A DNA stretch of 20,000 nucleotides from an uncultured virus (IMG/VR IMGVR_UViG_3300032320_000771) (taxonomy: Duplodnaviria; Heunggongvirae; Uroviricota; Caudoviricetes): IMG/VR virus record IMGVR_UViG_3300032320_000771. One strand, given 5' to 3'. Each line of letters opens with the position of its first letter. The stretch's first letter is position 1. Shown here piece by piece: positions 1 through 7,991 of the stretch. Below the pieces are notes generated by a model. It saw only the letters and a list, made by a program, of their open reading frames with translations. It was not told where the DNA came from and ran no database searches. The position numbers and the translations under genes were made by a program.

Positions 1-3
1 AGC

Positions 4-28
4 AAAACCCCCGCAAGTGCAGGGGTTC
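4..28 (-). terminator. Intrinsic (Rho-independent) terminator closing the tail-gene transcript
   Basis: Minus strand reads GAACCCCTGC-ACTT-GCGGGGGTTT-T: a GC-rich ~10-bp stem (two G.U pairs), a 4-nt loop and a short T run, ~45 nt downstream of the 71..316 stop. The T tract may continue beyond the window edge. Confidence 0.75.
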
Positions 29-36
29 TACCAGTT

Positions 37-61
37 GTTACAGAAACCAACAAACTGCAAC
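37..61 (-). ncRNA. Candidate 3'UTR regulatory hairpin/sRNA with exposed loop UUUGUUGGUUU
   Basis: Minus strand GTTGCAG-TTTGTTGGTTT-CTGTAAC forms a 7-bp stem (one G.U) with an 11-nt loop. The loop is the reverse complement of leader elements at 11338-11348, 14306-14315 and 4423-4432. Function is inference. Confidence 0.4.
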
Positions 62-70
62 TTTATATTG

Positions 71-316
71 TTAGCAGAAATAAGCAACAATTAATTGTAA
101 TGCTTCTGCCATATTTGTATTAGTAGGAACAACAACAGTTTGCCCACAAAGAATTGGATCTCCTGTATATACCACACACTCTGCATCAAATACTTCTGAG
201 CAAGTTAAAGGTGATGGGCATCCAGCTGGAGTTGGACATGGTGCAGGTGATACCAAAGCATTGTCTGAACATCCACATTTTCTACATCCGCAAGTTGTAC
301 AAGTATTATGAGCCAT
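71..316 (-). CDS. Small Cys-rich virion (tail fibre-associated) protein, 81 aa
   Basis: 11 Cys, N-terminal CxxCxCxxCxC. The C-terminal half (CVVYTGDPILC...NMAEALQLIVAYFC) aligns by eye with the N-terminus of the adjacent 568-aa protein (CVIWQGPDIPC...TVSDVIYKLATELC). Confidence 0.75.
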   Translation of the reverse strand: MAHNTCTTCGCRKCGCSDNALVSPAPCPTPAGCPSPLTCSEVFDAECVVYTGDPILCGQTVVVPTNTNMAEALQLIVAYFC

Positions 317-327
317 AGTTTAATTTA

Positions 328-2034
328 TTAAGGACAAACAATTGGTGTTGGTATATTAGTAGTACAAGGATCAATATATGCAACTAGTCCGTCAAGTTGA
401 ATTCTAAACCCACCAACTTGTTGTTCATTATTTGCATTACATGTAAAAGGATATGTTAATGTTGCATCATATTCTAAATCAAGACCAATTGTACCGGCTC
501 CAGTATTACTGTTTACATTAGTATTAGCATTATCAAATTTAGGTACATTGTCTCCTGAAATTACATGAGAAACAATATAATTTAAATGAGATGTGTTAAA
601 TGCACCAGTTCCAGAAAAAGCATTTTGCTCAGCATTTTTTGGAAGAGATATTGTTAACAATTTACTTTGACTAATTGAAATATTAAATAATCCAGAAAGT
701 ATTGTACTTGTTGCCGGAGAAGCATCAATTTGAACTGGTCTAGTACCAACTAAAAAGTTAGTGGAATATGCATTATCAAACTGTTCACCAACTGCCATTA
801 TAGAAGTTGGTATAACTGAGTTACCTTGATTAAATGTAATAGATCCTGCAGTTGACATAACTACTGATCCTGCTCCAACAGATGCTGGCGTAGCAGTAGT
901 TGAAAGATAATATGTATCAACAGCTGGAGCAAAGCCGTAGTTCCAACCTAAAGCATTACCACCTCCATCATCAATAGGAATAACAAGAAGACCTCTAAAG
1001 TGTACAACATTACCAATTCTTCTTGCTTGTGGTACAACTGTTGATCCTGTAGTTCCTGAGTAATATCCAAAACCATCTAAGTCTACCCAACCAGTATCTA
1101 AAAGTTTTGCAGAGAAAGTATGTGCTGGACCACTAGATACAGTTAATTGTATTGTTGATGTGGTATCTCCAGTAAAGGTTAATAATGTAAGGTATTGATA
1201 AATATCACAAACAGTAATCCATAAATTGTTAATTGCATCTGCTACAGTAGTTGGGGTATTCACCCAACTTCCTAAATACTCAGTTGCAAAAGGTACAGGA
1301 GGATTAGTTAGTGTTGATGATGTATTTGCTATACATTGACTTAATACAGCACTTGCAATAGCTGATGGTAAACCCGTTGATGTTAATAATGCACAATAAC
1401 CATATGTGTTATCATTTACTAATGCATTGAGTACAATATCAATTGTATATGTGTTTCCTGCAATCACTGTTGGATTAGACAACGTACAATCAACAACAAT
1501 TGATGGGGTAGTAAATGATGGAGCTGGTGCACTTTCTAATGCTGTAACTCTAATATTTAAACTATTAAGCTGGTTATTTATAAGAGTTATTTGATCAACA
1601 ATAGAACAAATTCTAGACCCCATTGCTTGTGCATACTCAGCAATAGTCATTACTGTAGTTGTACCTATAATAAAGCAAGGTGCTACTGTAACAAGAGTAT
1701 CTGCAGTAGTTGATCTTGTTGTTCCATTTGTAGTTGGTGTTGCTACTTCTGCTGCATTCACTGCTTCAAGATCACAGATTCTTCCAATTAAAAATTGAAT
1801 TAACTCCTGAATATTTTGAGGCTTACAACTTGCTAAGTCAAAACAAGATAAGTCATAACCATTAACATCTAAAAGATCCATAATATTGCAAAGCTCTGTT
1901 GCAAGTTTATAGATTACATCAGATACTGTATCCCCTGTACATAGTTTAATACATGGAATATCCGGTCCCTGCCAAATAACACAATTACTTGATATTGGGC
2001 TACATGGGCTATTATCTAAATTTAATGGTTTCAT
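328..2034 (-). CDS. Tail fibre / receptor-binding protein, 568 aa
   Basis: Cys-containing N-terminal module, repeated helical segments ending in Cys, a coiled-coil (ITLINNQLNSLNIRVTALE) and a beta-rich C-terminal domain starting DTGWVDL...ARRIGNVVHFRG, a pattern typical of phage fibre/RBP head domains. Located in the tail region. Confidence 0.7.
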   Translation of the reverse strand: MKPLNLDNSPCSPISSNCVIWQGPDIPCIKLCTGDTVSDVIYKLATELCNIMDLLDVNGYDLSCFDLASCKPQNIQELIQFLIGRICDLEAVNAAEVATPTTNGTTRSTTADTLVTVAPCFIIGTTTVMTIAEYAQAMGSRICSIVDQITLINNQLNSLNIRVTALESAPAPSFTTPSIVVDCTLSNPTVIAGNTYTIDIVLNALVNDNTYGYCALLTSTGLPSAIASAVLSQCIANTSSTLTNPPVPFATEYLGSWVNTPTTVADAINNLWITVCDIYQYLTLLTFTGDTTSTIQLTVSSGPAHTFSAKLLDTGWVDLDGFGYYSGTTGSTVVPQARRIGNVVHFRGLLVIPIDDGGGNALGWNYGFAPAVDTYYLSTTATPASVGAGSVVMSTAGSITFNQGNSVIPTSIMAVGEQFDNAYSTNFLVGTRPVQIDASPATSTILSGLFNISISQSKLLTISLPKNAEQNAFSGTGAFNTSHLNYIVSHVISGDNVPKFDNANTNVNSNTGAGTIGLDLEYDATLTYPFTCNANNEQQVGGFRIQLDGLVAYIDPCTTNIPTPIVCP

Positions 2035-2051
2035 ATATTATAATATACTAA
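2033..2051 (-). promoter_or_regulatory. Putative phage promoter/operator, copy 1 (palindrome TATATTATAATATA at 2034-2047)
   Basis: 18/19 identical to 6785-6803. Fills the 20-bp intergenic gap and abuts the ATG of 328..2034. Confidence 0.5.
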
Positions 2052-2054
2052 TTA

Positions 2055-4271
2055 TTATTGAGAATTACAAGGAATAAGTGGAGTGCATCCACAAGATGCA
2101 TTGCCACATGATGGTGTGTTTGGACAACATGGGTTTACTACTGTACATTCATAGTCTGGATCTCTTAGTGCATCTAAGTCTATTAGTTCCTTTTTGATTA
2201 ACCACTTATCATTTTCATCTGGGCAGCAATCTGATATACCATATCTTAAATAGAGTACTTGCTTATAATATACATCTGCAGATCTACAAGATATTTTTTC
2301 ATACTTTGCTATAGTACATGCCGGTGTATTATATCCTGGTTGAACACTTCTTCTTGGATAAATAACCGGTGGACAATCCCAAATATTAGGTGTAGTTTCT
2401 GTACAATTACCAAATGTTTCTATATAATCTGTTTCAGGATAATACTGTGCCCATGTACGTATACAAAATCTTTCTGATGTTTCTCCTGATGTAAGTATAA
2501 ATGTTTGTACTACAAGTTCACAATCATAGTATTCATATTCTTTACTTGTAGTGCTATCATTTCTGACTGTTGTACAAATACAAGGGAATGTTAATAAACA
2601 TTCTTCACAATCCTCATATTCTACATCTGGAATTACTATTCCTGCATTTGTAGCTAATGGTGTTGTAGTTACGGTCCAACAAGTTTCAGGACAATATTTA
2701 ATTTTAATTGTAGAACCTACATATTGACTAAGATCAGTATAGGTAATAATTGGATCTTTATATCCTGTACAATCTGTAAGTAAGTAATAATCTCTAGCGC
2801 ACTCTATACAATTTACATATGCTACATCTACAGTTATAGGTACATCAGATGGTATATCTTCTATTTCTTCTATATACCAGCAACCTGGACAATCTAATCT
2901 AGTAATTACTTGACCAACATATGCACTTAAATCTGTACTAGTATAAACTATTAATGTTTCATTATCACAATTAATTAATTTATATTTTGGTGCATTTAGG
3001 CATGTAGGGCAATCTTCATATGATTGTAATACAACAACATCTATTGCACAATCACATTCTGCAGTATCTGTAATTTCCCAACAAGTACCAGGATAATTTT
3101 CTAATACTACAACTTGACCTAAAATTGCAAATGGACTTAATGAAGGTTTAGTAGCATATATTGGATCTAAGATTCCAGCACAGTCAGTTAAAACAAAACA
3201 CTCTGGCGGACAGTCCCATTCTCCAGTAGTTAAATCATTTTCACATGGACCACTACTAGTTATTACAGGAATAGTTCCTGGAATAGGTCCTGAAATTACT
3301 GGATATACTTGTGAACATATTTGTATTTGCGGAAGATTTAGCGGTGTATTATCAATCTCTCCTGTTTCACAATTAAGATAAAATACAGCTTTAGCTTCTC
3401 CTATAATGGTATAACAAGTACATTCACAATTACAGTCTTGACTAATTACTTCTACTTCTACAGCATCTGCACAAGATCCTGTTGTAGTTAATTGAACATA
3501 AAAACAACCTAATGAAGGTTCTCCAATTAAACTTACTTCTACAAACTCACCAACATAAGTACTAAGATCAGTGTATGTATTGAATGGTGGAATAGTTCCA
3601 TCACAAGAATATAATCTATAACATGGAACCTCACAACCTGGGCATATTGCAGTGTCATTGCAATCTACTGCTTCTGTGTAATTAGCAGTGCTATTTGCAG
3701 GAACATCTGGAAGATTACCAAAGAATGTTGGATCTTGAGTGGTTCCATTAGATACTGTATAACAAGTATTTGTTTCTAATCCTTGATAGTTTGGTCCTGT
3801 ATATAAGTATGTACCTGGAGCTATGCTAACAAATGCAGTTTTTCCAGGACCAAATGAAAGAACTTCTTGTGTACAGCAATTAGTAAACTCATAATATCTA
3901 AAGTCTATTAGACATGGTTCAGCTGCATTAAATTCTATTTCTGCACTAGTACAAAGAAATACATTTGAAGGATCTGTATCATCATAAAATGAAGCACTTA
4001 CTATACAACCATTAACACCATTTGATATCAAACCTGTTATTGTGTAAGGTATAGTAACAACTGCTACATCTGGAAATGGTCCAGTTGCTACATATGGACT
4101 TGATCCACCACCACTACATGTAGTTCCAAATACAACATAGCCATCTGTTCCAGAATTAGTTTGTCCTGGCGGATCTACAATTGATATTTGACCAGTAATA
4201 GAATATAATCCAGTAAGTGGATCACATTCTGATACTACTGCCGTAAATGAACCTGGAACAACTACACACAT
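2055..4271 (-). CDS. Cys-rich repeat-containing virion/tail protein, 738 aa
   Basis: About 58 Cys by hand count, acidic and Thr-rich, with two interleaved ~65-75 aa repeat types and a helical C-terminal segment (YYKQVLYLRYGISDCC). Coupled to the upstream small ORF by a TAATG overlap at 4269-4273. Confidence 0.75.
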   Translation of the reverse strand: MCVVVPGSFTAVVSECDPLTGLYSITGQISIVDPPGQTNSGTDGYVVFGTTCSGGGSSPYVATGPFPDVAVVTIPYTITGLISNGVNGCIVSASFYDDTDPSNVFLCTSAEIEFNAAEPCLIDFRYYEFTNCCTQEVLSFGPGKTAFVSIAPGTYLYTGPNYQGLETNTCYTVSNGTTQDPTFFGNLPDVPANSTANYTEAVDCNDTAICPGCEVPCYRLYSCDGTIPPFNTYTDLSTYVGEFVEVSLIGEPSLGCFYVQLTTTGSCADAVEVEVISQDCNCECTCYTIIGEAKAVFYLNCETGEIDNTPLNLPQIQICSQVYPVISGPIPGTIPVITSSGPCENDLTTGEWDCPPECFVLTDCAGILDPIYATKPSLSPFAILGQVVVLENYPGTCWEITDTAECDCAIDVVVLQSYEDCPTCLNAPKYKLINCDNETLIVYTSTDLSAYVGQVITRLDCPGCWYIEEIEDIPSDVPITVDVAYVNCIECARDYYLLTDCTGYKDPIITYTDLSQYVGSTIKIKYCPETCWTVTTTPLATNAGIVIPDVEYEDCEECLLTFPCICTTVRNDSTTSKEYEYYDCELVVQTFILTSGETSERFCIRTWAQYYPETDYIETFGNCTETTPNIWDCPPVIYPRRSVQPGYNTPACTIAKYEKISCRSADVYYKQVLYLRYGISDCCPDENDKWLIKKELIDLDALRDPDYECTVVNPCCPNTPSCGNASCGCTPLIPCNSQ
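2367..3623 (-). repeat. Protein-level tandem Cys-rich repeats, A-B-A-A-A-B
   Basis: Type A (Y/FxLxxC...TDLSxYVG...C[W/F]...CxxC; TDLSxYVG degenerate in the second copy) at about aa 217-282, 358-425, 430-492 and 495-559. Type B (CxCxT...YxxC...GxC...WDCPP) at about aa 284-356 and 564-635. Confidence 0.8.
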
Positions 4272-4420
4272 TATTTATTTGTATTTTCTTTATTCTTATT
4301 AGTTTTTAATTGTGCTTCATACTTTTTTAAACAGTTAGAACAAACTTGTTGTCCATTAGATGCTGTTCTTTTCTGACATCCACAAGATAGTTTTGCTTTA
4401 CAATTTCCACATGCTGACAT
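4271..4420 (-). CDS. Small Cys-rich zinc-finger/metallothionein-like protein, 49 aa (not in ORF track)
   Basis: Hand translation: MSACGNCKAKLSCGCQKRTASNGQQVCSNCLKKYEAQLKTNKNKENTNK*. Has CxxC, CGC and CxxC. Fills the gap between neighbours, its stop overlaps the next ATG (TAATG), and its leader carries AAAACCAATAA. Confidence 0.85.
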   Translation of the reverse strand: MSACGNCKAKLSCGCQKRTASNGQQVCSNCLKKYEAQLKTNKNKENTNK

Positions 4421-4441
4421 AATTATTGGTTTTTATTTGGT

Positions 4442-5011
4442 TTAACAATTTCTACATTCCATTTTATTCAAAAGTTTAACGGCATAGTTGTATAAGCTCA
4501 TACCTTTCTGTGGCTCAAGACAAAACTCTACCTTAGACTTTGCTGCTTGAAGATACATAAAAATTAATCTAAGTTCTTCCAATCTTTGTTGGATTTTAAA
4601 TGGAGGCTCACATGCTGCAACATCTATATCACAAAGAATTTTATAATATTTATTTAGAGCACTTGTTACTCTTAAATGATTATACTCTACATATACTGTC
4701 TCATTAGGAGACACACTGTATTTTATAATATATATACCGTCTGGTAAATTAAAATAAGTTGTTCCGCAATTTGAAGTTTGCAATTGCAAATCACATGCAG
4801 TTAAAGTTATGTGACCTGTATTAACAAAATTTGTCATAGCAGTTCCTTCAATCTGATTAGAATAACCAAATCCAGGTACTGTAACATTTAGTGTAGGGCA
4901 TACTATTGGAATAGCAGGATCTGCTGTCTGGTATACGCTTGTGTCAAGTATCTTAAGAATACATTCATTCATTACTTGAGGCACCTCTAAACTTAATACA
5001 TGATTTGCCAT
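4442..5011 (-). CDS. Conserved structural protein, possible tail hub/collar subunit, 189 aa
   Basis: Beta-rich N-terminus with LPDGIYIIKYSV and a helical Cys-containing C-terminus. Follows the putative auxiliary capsid gene, where tail hub proteins lie in PhiCrAss001-type genomes (synteny inference). Confidence 0.55.
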   Translation of the reverse strand: MANHVLSLEVPQVMNECILKILDTSVYQTADPAIPIVCPTLNVTVPGFGYSNQIEGTAMTNFVNTGHITLTACDLQLQTSNCGTTYFNLPDGIYIIKYSVSPNETVYVEYNHLRVTSALNKYYKILCDIDVAACEPPFKIQQRLEELRLIFMYLQAAKSKVEFCLEPQKGMSLYNYAVKLLNKMECRNC

Positions 5012-5026
5012 ATAACTTTCTTTTAT

Positions 5027-5064
5027 AAAAAAGGGAGAGGAGTATAAACTCTCTCTCCCCCTTT
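5027..5064 (-). terminator. Intrinsic terminator after the 557-aa structural gene
   Basis: Minus strand GGGAGAG(A)GAGT-TTAT-ACTCCTCTCCC followed by TTTTTT. Confidence 0.85.
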
Positions 5065-5087
5065 ATTTATTTATTAACCCTTAATTC

Positions 5088-6761
5088 TTAGATTCCGCAC
5101 TGAGCTGGGATAGCTGGGAATGCAACTGCTGTACAAGTAGATAAACAGTTAAATCCATTTGCACCAACTTCAATTTCACAAACTCCACAATTATTTAACC
5201 AATCTTCTGTAGCATTAACAAATGCAGTACCACTAACTGTACTAGTAAATACTACTTGCAATAAGTACTGATCATTATCAAATGTACCAGAAGGATTATT
5301 GAATCTTGGAACACTGTGTTGTAAGAAAACATTATAGTAAAGTGCTTGTCTGTTAATAGCATTTACAATTTGGTTACCTTGAGTAATTTCCCGGATTCTG
5401 AAGTCAGAAGAGAAGAAGTTTTGTCTGTAAGACTCAGAAAGAACAACATCTCTTAGAATAGTTTCTCCTAGACCCATTGCTTGAGATCCTAAACACTCAT
5501 TAACAACACAAAGACCTGTAAACTCACATGGATCACCATTTAAATCTACTTCACTTGGATATAAATTAACTGGTTGTTTCTCATAGAAGTCAGAAAGTTG
5601 GAAAGTACAATCTCCAAATCTAGTATCTACATAAGCACCATTCAAAATTAAACCAGCACAAGCACCAGTTGTGTGACCTGGAGATACATAGTTATTCCAA
5701 GTATCAGCACCTTCAGTAGCTAAGAAAGTAGGATTTGTTCCTGGAGCATACCAGATAACACCTGCTTCATCTTGAATAGCAATTTGGAAGAATGGAGATA
5801 CAATTGGAGAATTTAATAAATCATTAGCCCAAAGGATCATAACTTCAGTAGAATCTACTGGAGTTGGAGCAATAGCTCCTGCTGGACAACATCCTGTATA
5901 AGCAGTAGCAGTATAGTATGCATTGTGATTTAAGAATCTTAGAGCAGGAGAACCTTTAACATCCAAACGAAGATTATAAGTCTCACCACATAAAAATTCT
6001 TTACAGCAGTTTGTTCCAGGGATAACTGGATCAATTGCAGGGGTTACAGTTGCAATAGTATATACTGCAAGAGTTCCTGGTACACCTGTACTCCAATCAT
6101 TGATTGTTACAGTATCACCAACTTCATAACCTTTTCCTAAAGATGCAATTCCTGTTACAGTAGGTACACCTAGAGCAACAGTAATAAACAATGTAAGACC
6201 TGTACCAGTACCAGTTACTGTTGTTGTTTCAGCAACTTGTGCTGTAGCAGTATTAGAATATCCAACACCTGGAGTTGTAATAGATCCGGTTAATACACCA
6301 CCACCTAAACTTGCATATGTAGAACCAACGTGTACTACATTATTACTAGGAGTACATGGATCTACATCATAAAATCTAGATACATATCTAGGATTAACAA
6401 CTTTAGATTTGTTAGTCTCTTGATAACCACCTAAGAAAGGACTAATTTTATCTCTACAATAGATAGCAGAACCTGCAAGATAAAGAGGACAACACTCAGT
6501 TGCTGTACTAGGTACAACAGATAAATTAGTTCTAGGATCAAACCAACCAACATAGTTGTTTTCAAGATTACCATGTAATGTTGTTGCCGCAACTGCTAAT
6601 TGATTTAAAGCATAAGTTGGACGACCAGCAGTTACTAAAAATCCACCAGTTGCACTAGCATTACCTAGAGCTCCACCTTGAGGATCTGTGATTGCAACGG
6701 GACCAATAGTGTCACCACTTGCTAAAAACGTTTTTCTAAACGCGTGATTAAAATAAGCCAT
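5088..6761 (-). CDS. Structural protein, putative auxiliary capsid (cement) protein, crAssphage gene-73-like, 557 aa
   Basis: Position after the ring-protein gene in the conserved crAss-like capsid block. Beta-rich, Gly/Thr/Cys composition. Flanked by its own promoter-like motif and terminator, as expected for a high-copy capsid protein. Confidence 0.6.
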   Translation of the reverse strand: MAYFNHAFRKTFLASGDTIGPVAITDPQGGALGNASATGGFLVTAGRPTYALNQLAVAATTLHGNLENNYVGWFDPRTNLSVVPSTATECCPLYLAGSAIYCRDKISPFLGGYQETNKSKVVNPRYVSRFYDVDPCTPSNNVVHVGSTYASLGGGVLTGSITTPGVGYSNTATAQVAETTTVTGTGTGLTLFITVALGVPTVTGIASLGKGYEVGDTVTINDWSTGVPGTLAVYTIATVTPAIDPVIPGTNCCKEFLCGETYNLRLDVKGSPALRFLNHNAYYTATAYTGCCPAGAIAPTPVDSTEVMILWANDLLNSPIVSPFFQIAIQDEAGVIWYAPGTNPTFLATEGADTWNNYVSPGHTTGACAGLILNGAYVDTRFGDCTFQLSDFYEKQPVNLYPSEVDLNGDPCEFTGLCVVNECLGSQAMGLGETILRDVVLSESYRQNFFSSDFRIREITQGNQIVNAINRQALYYNVFLQHSVPRFNNPSGTFDNDQYLLQVVFTSTVSGTAFVNATEDWLNNCGVCEIEVGANGFNCLSTCTAVAFPAIPAQCGI

Positions 6762-6784
6762 TTTTTTAAATTTTAGTTAAACAT

Positions 6785-6803
6785 ATATATTATAATATAG
6801 TAA
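6785..6803 (-). promoter_or_regulatory. Putative phage promoter/operator, copy 2 (palindrome at 6786-6799)
   Basis: ATATATTATAATATAGTAA on + strand, 18/19 identical to 2033-2051, in the 62-bp gap ~25 nt upstream of the 6761 ATG. Confidence 0.55.
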
Positions 6804-6823
6804 AAATATCTGTAACTCCAAAA

Positions 6824-7282
6824 TTATTTTAGGAAAAGTAATTTATACTTTCCGGAGTTAATTGTATCTTTTACAGTATCTAATGAATTTACAATTTCAG
6901 AGTAAGGCATTTTAGCTTGTAGGCTATTAATCATTTGATACATATCTCTAAGGTATGCAATACCTTCTTCTACTGTATTCAATGTTCTTGGAGCTGACTC
7001 TTTGTAGTCTAGTAATTTTTCTGATGCTCCTTGATATCCTTCAGCAAGATCATCTGCATGTCCAGGTAGTGCATCATATAATTCATTAAGTGCTTTATGA
7101 GCAGCATATGATCCAGCTCCTTTAACTTTTAAGTGAAGTTTATGAATACTAGTTGCAGCATTCATAAGTTCTGATACACAAGCTGCAGTCATTGTATCAC
7201 AATTAGCTGATCCAGCAGCAGGTGCGCTTGAATAAGATGCTGATGTCATTGCATCTCTTTTTAACATTCTAGCTTTTTCCAT
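6824..7282 (-). CDS. Dps/ferritin-like four-helix protein, 152 aa
   Basis: HKLHLKVKGAGSYAAHKALNELYDALPGHADDLAE matches the Dps ferroxidase signature (HW-x-VKG...H...ELY...D-x-x-AE) with W replaced by L. Size fits a ferritin-like monomer. Confidence 0.8.
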   Translation of the reverse strand: MEKARMLKRDAMTSASYSSAPAAGSANCDTMTAACVSELMNAATSIHKLHLKVKGAGSYAAHKALNELYDALPGHADDLAEGYQGASEKLLDYKESAPRTLNTVEEGIAYLRDMYQMINSLQAKMPYSEIVNSLDTVKDTINSGKYKLLFLK

Positions 7283-7287
7283 TTTTA

Positions 7288-7989
7288 TTAGTTGTTACGT
7301 TCTGCAGTTTCTTGTTCTCTAGAGTATTGATTTCCAGACTCTATATCTCCAGCTAAAATACTCACTGCTTCATCTATTAGTACTTCTATTATATCATCTT
7401 TAAATTCACATTCTACATTTACTGTAGATTGAACTCCGGTGTAAGGGTCTGTACAACCTTGAATTTGAATCTTTCTAGGTTGTCTGTAATATGTAAGCTC
7501 TACTTCCGGAACATTAAACTCACCATTTGTATAAATGTTAATCTCATTGTTTATTAAAGTAGCAAATGTTTCAGCCCATTCAAAGCTTGGTTGTTTAAGT
7601 TTATCTCTAAGTAGTATAGATACATTCCCTTCTTCTGCAAGATAGATTACCATTCTTCTTTTATCACAACAATCTCTTTGAGCAAATACATCTACTCTCT
7701 TCCATTGAAGATAATTTCCAGGGATGCTTAAAAATGAATAGTCTCCTTTATCTGTTAAATTAGTTATAGTAGTTTTATTAAGAAGAACTTGTAAGTCATC
7801 CTTCCTTCTGGTAGATTGCTCATCACCTTCCTTAACTACATTAATACCATGAAGTTGTCGTCTGGCCCATTCAACCTGAGCTTTATTAAAAGACTCAACA
7901 ACTTGCCAGCAGGTTATGTTATCATAATCCTGACTATCAAGCTTATTAAGCCTTTGCTTCATCTTTATGGTAATAGTGCTATTTAACAT
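7288..7989 (-). CDS. Ring/head-tail connector protein, crAssphage gene-74-like, 233 aa
   Basis: N-terminal LNKLDSQDY...FNKAQ, EQSTRRKDDLQVL, LTYYRQP and C-terminal CEF...EVLIDEAV resemble crAss-like ring proteins. Size and synteny fit. Confidence 0.7.
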   Translation of the reverse strand: MLNSTITIKMKQRLNKLDSQDYDNITCWQVVESFNKAQVEWARRQLHGINVVKEGDEQSTRRKDDLQVLLNKTTITNLTDKGDYSFLSIPGNYLQWKRVDVFAQRDCCDKRRMVIYLAEEGNVSILLRDKLKQPSFEWAETFATLINNEINIYTNGEFNVPEVELTYYRQPRKIQIQGCTDPYTGVQSTVNVECEFKDDIIEVLIDEAVSILAGDIESGNQYSREQETAERNN

Positions 7990-7991
7990 AG

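Noticed and set aside
328..4271. Diversity-generating retroelement target or CRISPR-like array in the tail genes
   Set aside because: No reverse transcriptase, no near-identical nucleotide repeat pair differing at adenines, and no regularly spaced direct repeats were seen. The repeats are diverged and protein-level only.
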